Shown: positions 28,200 through 38,270, numbered from the stretch's first letter. The stretch: 64,000 bases of DNA from an uncultured Candidatus Saccharibacteria bacterium (GCA_964644035.1 CAZXUH010000001.1:259712-323711); one strand, 5' to 3'. Numbers and translations: made by a program. Notes: a model not told the origin generated them from the letters alone.

Positions 28200-28835
28200 T
28201 TAGTTATTGAAAAATTGGCTGTTGTAATAGCAGAGGTCTTTGAGATAGTTGTCGTGCAACGTCTGGTTCTCGTTTTTATAAGAACGTGCCTTTTCGAAGA
28301 GTTGTAATATGTTATCCTCTACCGCCATACCGTGATAGATCATTGGATGGAAGTCTGAATGGAATACTGGAGCTGTTGCTAACGTGAGATCATCTGGCTT
28401 GTAGATGTAATCAAATTCAACTGTGTTAGCGGTTGTAGGTTGCTTCGTGAAATAGAGGCGTGAATTTACAAGATCAGCATATGCATAGCCGTCTTTATCT
28501 CTATACTGTCTTCGATCAGAGAAGTTGATGATTTGATACGGGGCATAACTTGGACCCACAAAGACAACCTTTGGAGAAGCATTGTTGTCTACCTGACGTG
28601 TGTTGTCAGTAAAGTTTCCGTTCTCTGTGAAATACTTGAAATCTGATGGGAGAGCAATGTATGGAACAGTGGTTGATTGAGTTCCTGTACCGGCTTTCTT
28701 GAGAAATTCCCAAGGCTTATAGTTGAGAATCCATCGGTATCTTTTGTTAGCTAGAGCAAGTTCCTCAACGTCTGAGAGTTCACTCATATCGTCAACATAT
28801 AACTCGAATCCAGCGATAATTTCAGAACCTATCAT
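28200..28835 (-). CDS. Virion structural protein (tail tubular A/adaptor-like by synteny).
   Basis: 211 aa, immediately downstream of the MCP. Confidence 0.3.
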   Translation of the reverse strand: MIGSEIIAGFELYVDDMSELSDVEELALANKRYRWILNYKPWEFLKKAGTGTQSTTVPYIALPSDFKYFTENGNFTDNTRQVDNNASPKVVFVGPSYAPYQIINFSDRRQYRDKDGYAYADLVNSRLYFTKQPTTANTVEFDYIYKPDDLTLATAPVFHSDFHPMIYHGMAVEDNILQLFEKARSYKNENQTLHDNYLKDLCYYNSQFFNN

Positions 28836-28878
28836 AATGTTTTCATCCCAATCCCCTTAAAGGGACTGAGGGGAAACA

Positions 28879-30090
28879 CTAGGCGTTGATGAGAACGTCG
28901 AGGAACTTCTTAGCACCGTCTGCGAAGGTTTTGATACCTGCGAGATATGAGCTAAATACGTTCGTACCACGTCTGTCAGCAGTTACTCTCATGTCAACTT
29001 CCTTCAAATCTTGGATAACAAGATCAATTGCACCTTTCTTACCGAAGTAAGCGTGGATGAAGTTCTTGGACCAAGTGTTGTTGGTGTTCGTGAGAGTACC
29101 AGCGAGTGTCAAACGACCTGAACCTGTACCGACGAGGGTAGCAGTGTCAGATGCGGCTGAGCCGTTAGTTGCAGCAATTCGGAGAACATCACCAAGGATG
29201 ATCTGACTAGCTGTTGAAAGGGCTGTACCGTAAGTTGTCGTTGTACCCGGAGTGTTGATGAGAGCAACAATGTTTGCTCTTGCAGCATCAGCAGAACCTG
29301 AGATCAAGATAGAACCCGGAGTTGTCGTCAAAGTCGTGTTGAATGTGAATACAACACCACCAATTACAACTGTGTCACCATCTGTAGGTGTCTGTGGAAG
29401 GTAGAGATTAGCTTCACCAGTTAGGTTTTCAGAAACGTACATCTGTGCGTTTGATACGTCACCAGTGTAACCATTTTTGAATACTGAACCAGCAAGGTCA
29501 ATGTTCTTACCCAAGAGGTACTGAGCAATGTCAGCAGCAGCGTAAGAGTCAACTACGAAGGCAAGACTTGAGGTAATGTCTTGGTTGTTGAGTCTTCGTA
29601 GCTTTGCTGGCATACGAGTAACCATCTGAGGAACAGTTGTCGAGTTAAGAGTGATAGCTGTACCAGTTGAAGCTGTACCAGCAAGGTCACCATTATCGAA
29701 GTCATAAAGAGCGTTTGTGACTTCATAGAAGCAACGAGCATCGAGGTCAAGAGAAACTTTCTTTGCAATTTCTGCACCGATAGTTTCACCTGGATTCAAT
29801 GGACCAGCCTGTGTGACTTCACCATCTGAGATGTGGAAGACAGCTTCTTTTTCAAGGTTGATTGTAATAAGTTCACTTGTGTCGCTGATAGTATCAATTG
29901 TTGATGCTGAACCGCGAGTAACTGTGCGAACTCGGACGTTGGACATGTCGAATGCGACACGTTCAACTGACTCACCAAACTTAAGCGTAGGCTCAAATCG
30001 AGTGTTCATGATTGGCTTTGCAACAAGTACCTTCTGGAAAACTTCCTGGTACGCATTATCAAAGGCTTCTTTGTAAATAGAGAGAGACAT
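28879..30090 (-). CDS. Major capsid protein (putative).
   Basis: 403 aa, directly downstream of an acidic scaffold-like gene and portal. Gly/Thr/Ala-rich with a probable inserted domain. Assigned by position and composition. Confidence 0.5.
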   Translation of the reverse strand: MSLSIYKEAFDNAYQEVFQKVLVAKPIMNTRFEPTLKFGESVERVAFDMSNVRVRTVTRGSASTIDTISDTSELITINLEKEAVFHISDGEVTQAGPLNPGETIGAEIAKKVSLDLDARCFYEVTNALYDFDNGDLAGTASTGTAITLNSTTVPQMVTRMPAKLRRLNNQDITSSLAFVVDSYAAADIAQYLLGKNIDLAGSVFKNGYTGDVSNAQMYVSENLTGEANLYLPQTPTDGDTVVIGGVVFTFNTTLTTTPGSILISGSADAARANIVALINTPGTTTTYGTALSTASQIILGDVLRIAATNGSAASDTATLVGTGSGRLTLAGTLTNTNNTWSKNFIHAYFGKKGAIDLVIQDLKEVDMRVTADRRGTNVFSSYLAGIKTFADGAKKFLDVLINA

Positions 30091-30126
30091 TTAGGGATAT
30101 TTAATCTAATATCCCCGTTCTAAAGA

Positions 30127-30870
30127 TTAGTTAGAATTTTGTATTCGCTCAATCATAGTCTTGTTGTACTCCTTCTTGAGAGTTGGGTTTGCCATAATCT
30201 CACGATAGTAAGTAGGATCAGATTTTGCTTTGCGATAGTCAATACTTTCAGGCTCCTTTCCGCCTCCTGGGGTTGTTGTCTCTATAGTGCGCTTACCAGT
30301 GAGCATTTTGCTATAGGTTTTTTCAATAAGTTCTGGGAGAGTAAGTTTAGCGTTTTTAGGGTCAAGTGAGAGGCTTTTTATAACCTCTGGATCAACATAG
30401 TCTTTGTACTCAGTCATGTTCTCCATTGTTTTGGTGAAATGCCTTTCAAATACTTCGTCAATCTTTGCTTTCTTGTCCTTCTCTTTAAGAGGAGCTACCT
30501 CATTGTCGAGATCGGCTTTATACTTCCTTTCGAGTTTAGATTCCAGAGCACCAGTAAGCTTCCTAAGAAACTTTGGGTCTACATCAAACTCATCAGCGAG
30601 TGCGTCTATATCTTCTGATACTTCCTTATCGGGAGCACCTTCATCAATACGAGCTTTAAGTTCATTGAGTTCCTTAGTAAGGGCCTTTCGAGCCTTCTTT
30701 TCAGCTAAAAAAACACTTTCAGGAATCATATTAGGCTTCTCCTCCGGTTCTACCTTTGGGTTAGCCTTCTCAAGAACTTCGCCGATAGTTTCTTTTTTAT
30801 CTTCAGTGGAAACATCTGGAGCTATCTTCTTGTCCTCCGTAGCAGGAGTATTCTTAGCTTCATCAGCCAT
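30127..30870 (-). CDS. Scaffolding protein (putative).
   Basis: 247 aa, highly charged (K/E/D-rich) with predicted helical/coiled-coil character, located between portal and MCP. Confidence 0.45.
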   Translation of the reverse strand: MADEAKNTPATEDKKIAPDVSTEDKKETIGEVLEKANPKVEPEEKPNMIPESVFLAEKKARKALTKELNELKARIDEGAPDKEVSEDIDALADEFDVDPKFLRKLTGALESKLERKYKADLDNEVAPLKEKDKKAKIDEVFERHFTKTMENMTEYKDYVDPEVIKSLSLDPKNAKLTLPELIEKTYSKMLTGKRTIETTTPGGGKEPESIDYRKAKSDPTYYREIMANPTLKKEYNKTMIERIQNSN

Positions 30871-30973
30871 AGATTTTCACCTTTATTACACAGTGGCCTG
30901 TGGAGCTTTTTCACCCGAAGGTCCGTTTCTCAGACGTAATAGATTTGAGCATCCCTGCTCCCCGTAGTTAATA

Positions 30974-30990
30974 TAATTATACCACAATTG
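30974..30990 (-). promoter_or_regulatory. Conserved phage extended -10 promoter, copy 4 (upstream of the scaffold–MCP operon).
   Basis: Minus-strand reading is CAATTGTGGTATAATTATAT (-10 = + 30976–30981). Confidence 0.55.
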
Positions 30991-31067
30991 GCACGAAAAT
31001 GAAAATTGCGGAGTAAGTTGCGATCCCCTCGGAACGGGGGGCGAGAGGACCACGACTTACCCAACAA

Positions 31068-31400
31068 TTATTCTTCGTTGAGTATCTTTTCTAGAGCAAT
31101 GAGTGCTCCTTCTTTATTCTTCTTTGCGTTAGTGAGTGACCGATATATATTTAAACGCTCTGTGAGAGTTGCACAGGCTGCCATAAGCTCTGCATGCGAG
31201 GCTGTTTTGTACTTATTAAGAGAGCCGATAGCGGATAGAATATCCAGTCTAAGTGATTCAAGTATGACCTTCCCCCCATCAGTGGACGCTAGGACCGCTA
31301 AAGGTTCATATCGGTCCAAGTCATCCGTAACAGCTCTGACACTCTCGTTTTCTACGAGATCGGGACGCTTAGACTTTACCCTCTGTATTGCTTTCGTCAT
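31068..31400 (-). CDS. Hypothetical protein (head-associated by position).
   Basis: 110-aa ORF between portal and scaffold. Confidence 0.3.
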   Translation of the reverse strand: MTKAIQRVKSKRPDLVENESVRAVTDDLDRYEPLAVLASTDGGKVILESLRLDILSAIGSLNKYKTASHAELMAACATLTERLNIYRSLTNAKKNKEGALIALEKILNEE

Positions 31401-31800
31401 TAGTTTCGAGGTCCTTCAAGTTGATTACGACCCCGCACTGCTTAGTGATCTCTTGCTTCTCAAGCTCTGACTGATCCAAAGCTTCTTGTAGTTGTTTTTT
31501 CTTTATTTCACATGCCCGTGCAAATGCAAAAGACTCTTGGTACATGTGTACTGTGAAACGATCCTGCTCTGTCATCTCAAGAACAAAGGGGTGATTATCA
31601 GCAATGTTCTGCATAGTTGCCTTCCTGATCTCAATCATTCCATCGAGTTCTCTGAGGTTCTTCCTATTAACATTTTCAGCCGCTTCGATTTCAGCCATTG
31701 TGAACTTAGCTGATATACCTTTCTTTTCAATTATGTTTAGTTTCGGATCCTCAGGGTTCTTTTCTACCACTGTATATTCGTATTGTTCGTGATTTGTCAT
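31369..31800 (-). CDS. Hypothetical protein (head-associated by position).
   Basis: 143-aa acidic ORF immediately downstream of the portal. Confidence 0.3.
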   Translation of the reverse strand: MTNHEQYEYTVVEKNPEDPKLNIIEKKGISAKFTMAEIEAAENVNRKNLRELDGMIEIRKATMQNIADNHPFVLEMTEQDRFTVHMYQESFAFARACEIKKKQLQEALDQSELEKQEITKQCGVVINLKDLETNDESNTEGKV

Positions 31801-31802
31801 TA

Positions 31803-33716
31803 CTACATTCTTACTTTATTACTAAAAATATCCTGCCCCGGTGCTACAGGTTTTGTAGGTTGTACTGGAGCTGCGGCTGCTGCCATACGTTGTCGAGCAA
31901 TAGCCTCGTTCATCTTTCTCACCATGTTCTGCATGATGACTGGCTCAAGAGCCTGTACATATGCAGCCATGAGAGCAAACTGGTCCTCATCAATGTCCTC
32001 TTGGTGATCCTGCATGTAGTCAACAAACTTCTGTTTGTATGCAGTGTTTGCCATTCTGTTAGGTTCAATTGACTTTCCATCAAGGAGAGATTCAATATCC
32101 CTTTCAGCCTCTGACATAAGCTGTGCATCACCAAACTCTGACGTGTCCATAAGTTCTTTAATTTCGTCCTCACTGAAACCTGCTATATTTGCACCAATTT
32201 CATACGACTTCTTTGGACTCTGTATTGGATTCATTAGGTTGTTTGTGAGATAGGTCATCTTAGTTCGCTTGTCTCCAAGTGACATTTGCAATTCGGCATC
32301 AGATGCTTCGATCATCACACCAAATTGGTCATCCTTTCTGAAAATATCTCGCTTTGATACCATCTCAACTTCCACACCTTCTGGACCAAGAATGTCCACT
32401 GCCACCTTCTTATTTAAATGTTCTCGTACTCCCCATTCATAGAGCTTTGCAAATCGTTTGTATCCAAATGAATACGATTTATTGAGCAGTCCGAAACGAT
32501 CAGCAGTATTGGCTTGGTTACCCTCGTAAATACCAACTTTCTCCTCACCAGCTACACCCTTAGATGCGGCCGTAATACCAGAAGCCTTTTCTTGAATACC
32601 TTCCAAAGCTTCGAAGACTTTGAGAGGAGTATCGATTGATGGGACAGTTACTAACTGGAGTGCTTTATTAACATCGAAATCACCCTTTACCTTGATGTAT
32701 CCATCACGTCTGTATTTAACTTCGGCTAGGTTCTCAATTGCTGAAACATTTATCAATTTCTGAGGCTTGTTAACACGTTCTGCGTTATCAAGCATTTGGT
32801 TGATCGATACATGCTGTGCCATGAATATTTCACGTACATAATCGCAATATGAAGGGGTCCAAAATTCTGTAAGGTCTGGAAATGCTGCCCATGACCAGTA
32901 AGGCCATAGACTAGAACCGAAGACATCTTCAAGCTTCTCAACCCGAATAGCACGTGCGCCTGTTTCTTGGAGAAGAAGATAGTATCTCTGTCCTTCGTAT
33001 GTTGTGAACCACCTCCAGAACTTAAACTTGTCTGTGTCTTCAATCTGTTTCTCTGAAACCGTATTCTGACCATATGACCTTGAAAGCTTGTTGGTTTCTT
33101 CCGGACTAGATTCAGTTGAGTTACCTGAACCTTCCATTAATTCCTCAGTTTCAGTCTTTAGGAATACTTTATCCTTTATACCTTTCTTGAGTTCCGAACG
33201 GTCCAAGACGACACCATAGTCGCCCATGTTTCGGGCCTTTTCCATATCAATACCTCCACCAGAAGGATCAATAAGGAAGTCGTAAACGTCAGAGTTATTT
33301 AAATGAGCTGCATATTGGCCATCAATCGAATCTGCATAGTATGAATAGATTGCACGGCCGTATATTACAGCCTGCTTCTTTCCTACAAGGTCCTTAATAT
33401 CCCAATCGTCCTTCTGCTGGTCAACGATCCGGAGAGCGTTAAGTCTTTGAGCACGTCTTAATTGTGATTCCTTTCGCTTAGTGAATTTGAATACAAGAGG
33501 TTCGTCTATCTTTGAGAGAAGACTGTGTACGAACTCTTGCATCCTTCCCAAGTCTACATTCGCTACTGATTCAGTAGAAGTTTCCTTCTTTCCGTAGTAA
33601 AGATTCTCATTTTTTCTCCAATTCGATACCTTTCCCTGCTTGTAGGTACGGTCAAATTGAATCTCTTGCAGTGCTTGAGCTACTATTTTGTCTCGGAGGG
33701 TTTTGTTGATCGCCAT
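31803..33716 (-). CDS. Portal protein (putative).
   Basis: 637 aa, immediately downstream of terL and upstream of scaffold/MCP; size and position are typical of portals. Confidence 0.5.
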   Translation of the reverse strand: MAINKTLRDKIVAQALQEIQFDRTYKQGKVSNWRKNENLYYGKKETSTESVANVDLGRMQEFVHSLLSKIDEPLVFKFTKRKESQLRRAQRLNALRIVDQQKDDWDIKDLVGKKQAVIYGRAIYSYYADSIDGQYAAHLNNSDVYDFLIDPSGGGIDMEKARNMGDYGVVLDRSELKKGIKDKVFLKTETEELMEGSGNSTESSPEETNKLSRSYGQNTVSEKQIEDTDKFKFWRWFTTYEGQRYYLLLQETGARAIRVEKLEDVFGSSLWPYWSWAAFPDLTEFWTPSYCDYVREIFMAQHVSINQMLDNAERVNKPQKLINVSAIENLAEVKYRRDGYIKVKGDFDVNKALQLVTVPSIDTPLKVFEALEGIQEKASGITAASKGVAGEEKVGIYEGNQANTADRFGLLNKSYSFGYKRFAKLYEWGVREHLNKKVAVDILGPEGVEVEMVSKRDIFRKDDQFGVMIEASDAELQMSLGDKRTKMTYLTNNLMNPIQSPKKSYEIGANIAGFSEDEIKELMDTSEFGDAQLMSEAERDIESLLDGKSIEPNRMANTAYKQKFVDYMQDHQEDIDEDQFALMAAYVQALEPVIMQNMVRKMNEAIARQRMAAAAAPVQPTKPVAPGQDIFSNKVRM

Positions 33717-33753
33717 TTAGTGAACCCCCGTCCACTTCTTGCGTAATTACTAT

Positions 33754-33770
33754 TAATTATACCACATTTT
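33754..33770 (-). promoter_or_regulatory. Conserved phage extended -10 promoter, copy 5 (upstream of the portal).
   Basis: Minus-strand reading is AAAAATGTGGTATAATTAATAG (-10 = + 33756–33761). Confidence 0.55.
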
Positions 33771-33786
33771 TTACTTTAAATCACGC

Positions 33787-35265
33787 TTAAATACCTATAT
33801 CTGGGTACAAAGGCTTGTCTTCCACATAATCATCAACGATTTTGTATGGCGGTTCAGCAATTTGTAACTGATATGCAAGTGAATCAGCACAGTCGTCATG
33901 TACTCCCTTGGGAAAGCGTAGTAATTCACCCTCTAGATCGCTTGTTTTGCCCTCTAGGTGATAGATATGACCCGCTTCGTACTTAGGTATAAGACCTCGA
34001 ATGCGAGTTTCTTTCATTATTCCACCGTGCTTGAGCTTTACAATGTATGGATACTTATTCCTGACCCGACATTCATCTTGGAAGAATGGTTCTACCGCTT
34101 GAGTGAACGCACCTTCTTCAATTCCAATCTTCTCAAACCCATCATCATGAAACTGGAAGATCAGGTCCACTAAAGACTTGGAGTTAATCTTGTACTGACG
34201 TGATTCGATATTCCAATCGTTAGCTTCAGTGACATAGTTCTTGGTGATACCTGTATTATCTGAATCAGCATTACGAGTGAGAGCCGAATCGATTGTAACG
34301 AACTTACGAAGACGCATATCCTTAAGGTCCTCAAGTTTTCTCACCTTCCAGTCCTTCTTATGGAACTCCTGTGTTGCTTCATCTATGGGTTGATTCATCA
34401 TTTCTGCACTGAATACCTGTGAGCCAAGCTGACGCTTCTTGTCCTCAAGTGATACTTTATTGGTTAACCTTGCTTCCTCGTCAGTCATAGCATACTTGGC
34501 TGGCCATGTGGGTTGTCCATCTTTAATGACTGGTACGGACCGGATCAATAGCCTATGGTCCGTCTTAGCCCGATCAATAAGAGTTTGGATTGAACCGTAT
34601 TCAGTGATGTAGTTACCGAGGTATAGGACTAGAGCAGTGGAATCTAGACCTGCTTTGAACTCATCAATATGTTTTATGACTTGCTCAGTATATGCTTTAG
34701 AATCCTTTGTTTTGTTCGTCTCGAAGTCGTCGAGTAATAGGAAATCAGGTCTTTGCTCAGCGTGTAAGCGTCCTCGAACAGATTCTTGGGTAGAATGAGC
34801 TTCGACTCGGACCCCGTTGTTGGTGAGGAAGTTGTTAACTCTTTTTTGTGTGATCTCGTCAGGGTTTTTCTTTGCATTGAATAGCTCACCAAAGTCTGAC
34901 TTAATCAGATCGTTGGTTTGGAGTTCCAGTACTATGTCGAATAGGATACGTTCAGCATTCTCCTTATCAAACGAGTCCACGTTCACGTACTTACGCTTCT
35001 TGTAGAGGATGATCCATGTCAGTAATCCCTTAGAGAGTGATGTCTTAGCTGATTCACGGAACATAATCCATGCAGCCTCACGATACTTGCCATCGAACAA
35101 GTCCTTAACATCCCCAAACATTTCGTAGTGGAAGGGAGCGTAGGGGTACTTAACGTATTTGAGAAAGTAGTAGCAGAAGAACAATGAGAAATCCTTTGAG
35201 CATAGGTATCTTCGCTCCTCTGGTGTGCCGTTTATTACCCGATCTAGTGCTGCTTTATTTATCAT
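33787..35265 (-). CDS. terL: Terminase large subunit.
   Basis: 492 aa with an N-terminal ATPase-like region. The C-terminal nuclease region contains the acidic 'GVHDDCADSLAYQLQ' motif typical of terminase RNase-H-like domains. It is adjacent to terS and portal. Confidence 0.6.
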   Translation of the reverse strand: MINKAALDRVINGTPEERRYLCSKDFSLFFCYYFLKYVKYPYAPFHYEMFGDVKDLFDGKYREAAWIMFRESAKTSLSKGLLTWIILYKKRKYVNVDSFDKENAERILFDIVLELQTNDLIKSDFGELFNAKKNPDEITQKRVNNFLTNNGVRVEAHSTQESVRGRLHAEQRPDFLLLDDFETNKTKDSKAYTEQVIKHIDEFKAGLDSTALVLYLGNYITEYGSIQTLIDRAKTDHRLLIRSVPVIKDGQPTWPAKYAMTDEEARLTNKVSLEDKKRQLGSQVFSAEMMNQPIDEATQEFHKKDWKVRKLEDLKDMRLRKFVTIDSALTRNADSDNTGITKNYVTEANDWNIESRQYKINSKSLVDLIFQFHDDGFEKIGIEEGAFTQAVEPFFQDECRVRNKYPYIVKLKHGGIMKETRIRGLIPKYEAGHIYHLEGKTSDLEGELLRFPKGVHDDCADSLAYQLQIAEPPYKIVDDYVEDKPLYPDIGI

Positions 35266-35615
35266 AATGCAAGCTTGCGCATATCCTCCAAGTGCTTCTC
35301 AGTCGCTTCAAGTTTCCCTTCAAGATAGCCTTGTTTTGGTTTGATACCAATATTATTAAGAGCATCAGCAAATACTTGTAATTGATCTAGTGTCAATTCA
35401 AGCGTTGGTTTTGATACCGCCACACCACGATGAACAGTCTCGCCGTCAAGAAACTCTACCTTTTCACCTATCTCACGAAATATGTACACATCTTTAGTGA
35501 GTTTGTACCCACTGTCTACAATTTTTATGTTCCATTCATTATTGTTCATATTGTGCTGGTACTGAGAATTGAACTCAGTCTCACTGTTTGGAAAACAGTA
35601 GTGCTGCCGTAACAC
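35262..35615 (-). CDS. Hypothetical protein.
   Basis: 117-aa ORF overlapping the terL start. Confidence 0.3.
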   Translation of the reverse strand: MLRQHYCFPNSETEFNSQYQHNMNNNEWNIKIVDSGYKLTKDVYIFREIGEKVEFLDGETVHRGVAVSKPTLELTLDQLQVFADALNNIGIKPKQGYLEGKLEATEKHLEDMRKLAL

Positions 35616-35623
35616 TTCACCAA

Positions 35624-35827
35624 CTATGCATAGTAAACTCCCTTAGTCGCCTTCTTGTTTGATTTCCAATTCCTTATCTTTCTTTGGACTTTATGAGCCA
35701 TACGAACGCCATGCTTTCTAACATACTTGCATTGAGTGCAATGACAAACACCGAGGGGGTTTCCCCTTCCTTGTGGTCTACCCTTCATAGGCTTCGACTT
35801 TGGGTTGTGTGCAATCGTTCTACTCAT
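35624..35827 (-). CDS. Small, very basic protein with a CHC..QC motif.
   Basis: 67 aa; its start codon lies 2 nt downstream of the tRNA-like gene. Confidence 0.25.
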   Translation of the reverse strand: MSRTIAHNPKSKPMKGRPQGRGNPLGVCHCTQCKYVRKHGVRMAHKVQRKIRNWKSNKKATKGVYYA

Positions 35828-35828
35828 G

Positions 35829-35900
35829 CGGGACCTGTGGGATTTGCACCCACAACCGCTTAATCGACAATCAAGTGCTCCACTGTTGAGCTAAGGTCCC
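35829..35900 (-). tRNA. Phage-encoded tRNA-Asp(GUC)-like gene with a non-canonical T-loop.
   Basis: Hand-folded cloverleaf with acceptor GGGACCU/AGGUCCC, a D-arm, the anticodon arm CUUGA-UUGUCGA-UUAAG (anticodon GUC), and T-arm GUGGG-UGCAAAU-CCCAC. Position 55 is G instead of U and CCA is not encoded. Confidence 0.55.
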
Positions 35901-36487
35901 TAACACAGTGCGTTTCAGCATCTATAACGCACAAACTGTTTTCAGTGTACCGCCATGATATTTCAGACGCTCTTTGTGAAGATAGCGAGGATTTGACAAG
36001 TTGCAAACTACTTTCTAAGGTGGGCATCGCTCCCACTGCCTACTTGTATAGTCACCTCGCATGATTGGCTCACCACGGAACGGCATACCAATCTCTGTCC
36101 GTTTACCCCATAGCGTCTACACTTTTCCGCCATATCTTCACAGAAAGCACCTAAATGAACTGATGGGGAGGTTCCTACCTTTAGAAGATGTTGCTGGTTA
36201 CCCATGCAGCAACCGGACTCGAACCGGTATTACTCCCCCCATCAAATCACTTACATGTTCATGGACAGTTGGGGAAAAGGAGTACTGCTCTCTTTAGAAA
36301 GGACTAATATGAGACTTAGTGCACCTATCTCTCAAAGCCAAGCCGTTCCCCCAACAATCCACGAAAGAGAAGCAGAGAGGGAAAGGGTAGTAAATCGCTA
36401 CGCAAGTTTTTTAAGCCTACCCCTGCTTACTATAAGTATTATTTGCGTAATAATTTAACCACAATAAGGATTCCCCTCCCTACTTCC

Positions 36488-37045
36488 CTATCCAAGTAAC
36501 TGATCCAGTCGCTGCCTTTCTTCCTCAGATAGGCCAGTAACTTTAATCTCCTTCCTTTCGATAACACGATTTTTAACCTTGTTGTACTCTGATATAGCTC
36601 TCATCTTTGAACCTAGGTCCCTATTCTGCAAAATCACTTTTGATATTTCTGCATCAACGTTGTGATCGGTCAGCATCTCATTGAGCAACACACTTAGTCT
36701 TTGGTCAATCTTGGGATTTCTTAGAAGCTTACTGGCCCCAGAAGCACATATATTACACATAACATCATAGGTAGATGGTCGAACGAGCTTTCGCTTCTTA
36801 GATGCCTTAACTGGTTCATCTAATTCAGAATCAGCATAGTCTTCACCCTCTACTTCATCTACTACAAACTCATACTCGGCGTCATTTCTGTTGGCACTAT
36901 CAAGGTCATAGCCATAGGCCTCAGCATACGAGAGCGTCCCATTGCCAAATAACTCAGTGTTCTGTGTGTAGAAACGACAAAAGGCCTCTTGCTTGAGAGT
37001 CAGTTCGTCGCCTATTTTGTTTTCATCTATGAGTAGTTCAGTCAT
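36488..37045 (-). CDS. terS: Terminase small subunit.
   Basis: The N-terminal 'LTLKQEAFCRFY...GNGTLSYAEAYGY' matches the Terminase_2/small-subunit HTH pattern; it lies upstream of terL. Confidence 0.6.
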   Translation of the reverse strand: MTELLIDENKIGDELTLKQEAFCRFYTQNTELFGNGTLSYAEAYGYDLDSANRNDAEYEFVVDEVEGEDYADSELDEPVKASKKRKLVRPSTYDVMCNICASGASKLLRNPKIDQRLSVLLNEMLTDHNVDAEISKVILQNRDLGSKMRAISEYNKVKNRVIERKEIKVTGLSEEERQRLDQLLG

Positions 37046-37310
37046 GTTTTACTAAGTTGTTGTCTACGATTACTTGGAATAAGGCGTTTGATAGGAACTC
37101 AATTCGTTCCTCAGTGAAGTTGTGGTTGATTGCATGTAGGACTTCATGTATGACTGTCTCAAGCTTCTGGCTCTCTGGTAGGTCATCTCTAATGAGTATC
37201 GTATTGCGGCTTCGGTTGATTTCACCACAGTTTCCATTGATCTTCTCAGAATCAACGAGTTCTACTTTATATACGTGACCACCGATCTTAAGTGTTTCTG
37301 GTATTACCAT
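37038..37310 (-). CDS. Small hypothetical protein with an HExxH motif.
   Basis: 90 aa containing 'HEVLHAINH'; a possible mini zinc-metallopeptidase-like fold or coincidental. Confidence 0.25.
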   Translation of the reverse strand: MVIPETLKIGGHVYKVELVDSEKINGNCGEINRSRNTILIRDDLPESQKLETVIHEVLHAINHNFTEERIEFLSNALFQVIVDNNLVKHD

Positions 37311-37311
37311 G

Positions 37312-37632
37312 TTATTTTTTGTTAAGTGCTAACCAGAATTTTGCAACTGCAACATCTAGATTTGGGTCAAAGATAAAAACTTTCCAATCAAGAGGATTTA
37401 GACTTCCTTCTGTATCTTGGCCAACAATCCATCCATCTTCACCCTTATAGCTTCCTTGTCGTATTGTCCATAAATTCTCCCCACATGCTTCTATAAGCTC
37501 TGAGAGAGTTGGATAAGAAAGCTGTTCGACATCTTTAGGAGTATTAAGAATTTCATTCTGAAAATAAATCCTTAGTGGGTCTTGAGGGTAGCCAGAATCT
37601 TTAAGTTGTTTTGCGAGTTCGTAAGTTACCAT
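37312..37632 (-). CDS. Hypothetical protein.
   Basis: 106-aa ORF. Confidence 0.3.
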   Translation of the reverse strand: MVTYELAKQLKDSGYPQDPLRIYFQNEILNTPKDVEQLSYPTLSELIEACGENLWTIRQGSYKGEDGWIVGQDTEGSLNPLDWKVFIFDPNLDVAVAKFWLALNKK

Positions 37633-38270
37633 ATAATTGATTTATTATGTTGAGCTATTACCGAAGTATCTGCGTATGCTTTGAATCCTAGGCCAATAGC
37701 TTTAGCTATGAAGTGTGTGTCTTCCCCCATGAATATATCTTTGCCTCTGTCATCCTTGTAGAGGAAGCGATACCAAGGCTTAGGCATTTTTTCAAAGACT
37801 GCTCTTTTAATGAGAACACATGAGCCACCGCATCCTTTGATCTGAATTAGCCCTACATTTGGCTCAGTGAACTTGTCATTCATATCCACAGCATTCCATT
37901 TCTTGTAGTAGCCATTTGATTCATTCTTCCTGTTAGCATCGTGCTCTATGATGGGGGTAATGCCTGAGACAATATCCTTATCATGCGAGAGTAGTTTATA
38001 GAGTGCATCCATAGGCGGAATCGTATCTGAGTCTATAAAGAACAGGTGTGTGCAGTCTGATTGAAGAAACTGTTCAACGATCTCGTTACGGGCATTGTCT
38101 ACCGGACACACTGCCATCGTAGGATATATGGACATATTTATATCTCCTTTCAATTGAGCTTGGGCCATCCACTGTAGGACGGTCATAGCAAGAAAAGTAT
38201 GCATACTTCCCATTGTGGGGATTCCTATGAGTATCTTTGGCTTCATGACATTTTGTGACGTAGATTCCAC
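37626..38270 (-). CDS. GT-A fold glycosyltransferase (DxD).
   Basis: 'ILIGIPTMGS' and the 'FFIDSDTIPP' DxD region. Confidence 0.5.
   Translation of the reverse strand: MESTSQNVMKPKILIGIPTMGSMHTFLAMTVLQWMAQAQLKGDINMSIYPTMAVCPVDNARNEIVEQFLQSDCTHLFFIDSDTIPPMDALYKLLSHDKDIVSGITPIIEHDANRKNESNGYYKKWNAVDMNDKFTEPNVGLIQIKGCGGSCVLIKRAVFEKMPKPWYRFLYKDDRGKDIFMGEDTHFIAKAIGLGFKAYADTSVIAQHNKSIIW

Noticed and set aside
30404-31470. Plus-strand Ser-rich ORFs 30404–30967 (187 aa) and 31006–31470 (154 aa).
   Set aside because: Low-complexity antisense translations opposite the scaffold gene and the small head genes. No RBS or promoter is present, and the minus-strand genes fit phage synteny.
36195-36260. A second complete tRNA on the minus strand (the GGTTCGAGTCC T-arm).
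   Set aside because: Only a T-arm-like hairpin is present. No acceptor or D-arm pairing could be found, so it is reported only as a fragment in findings.
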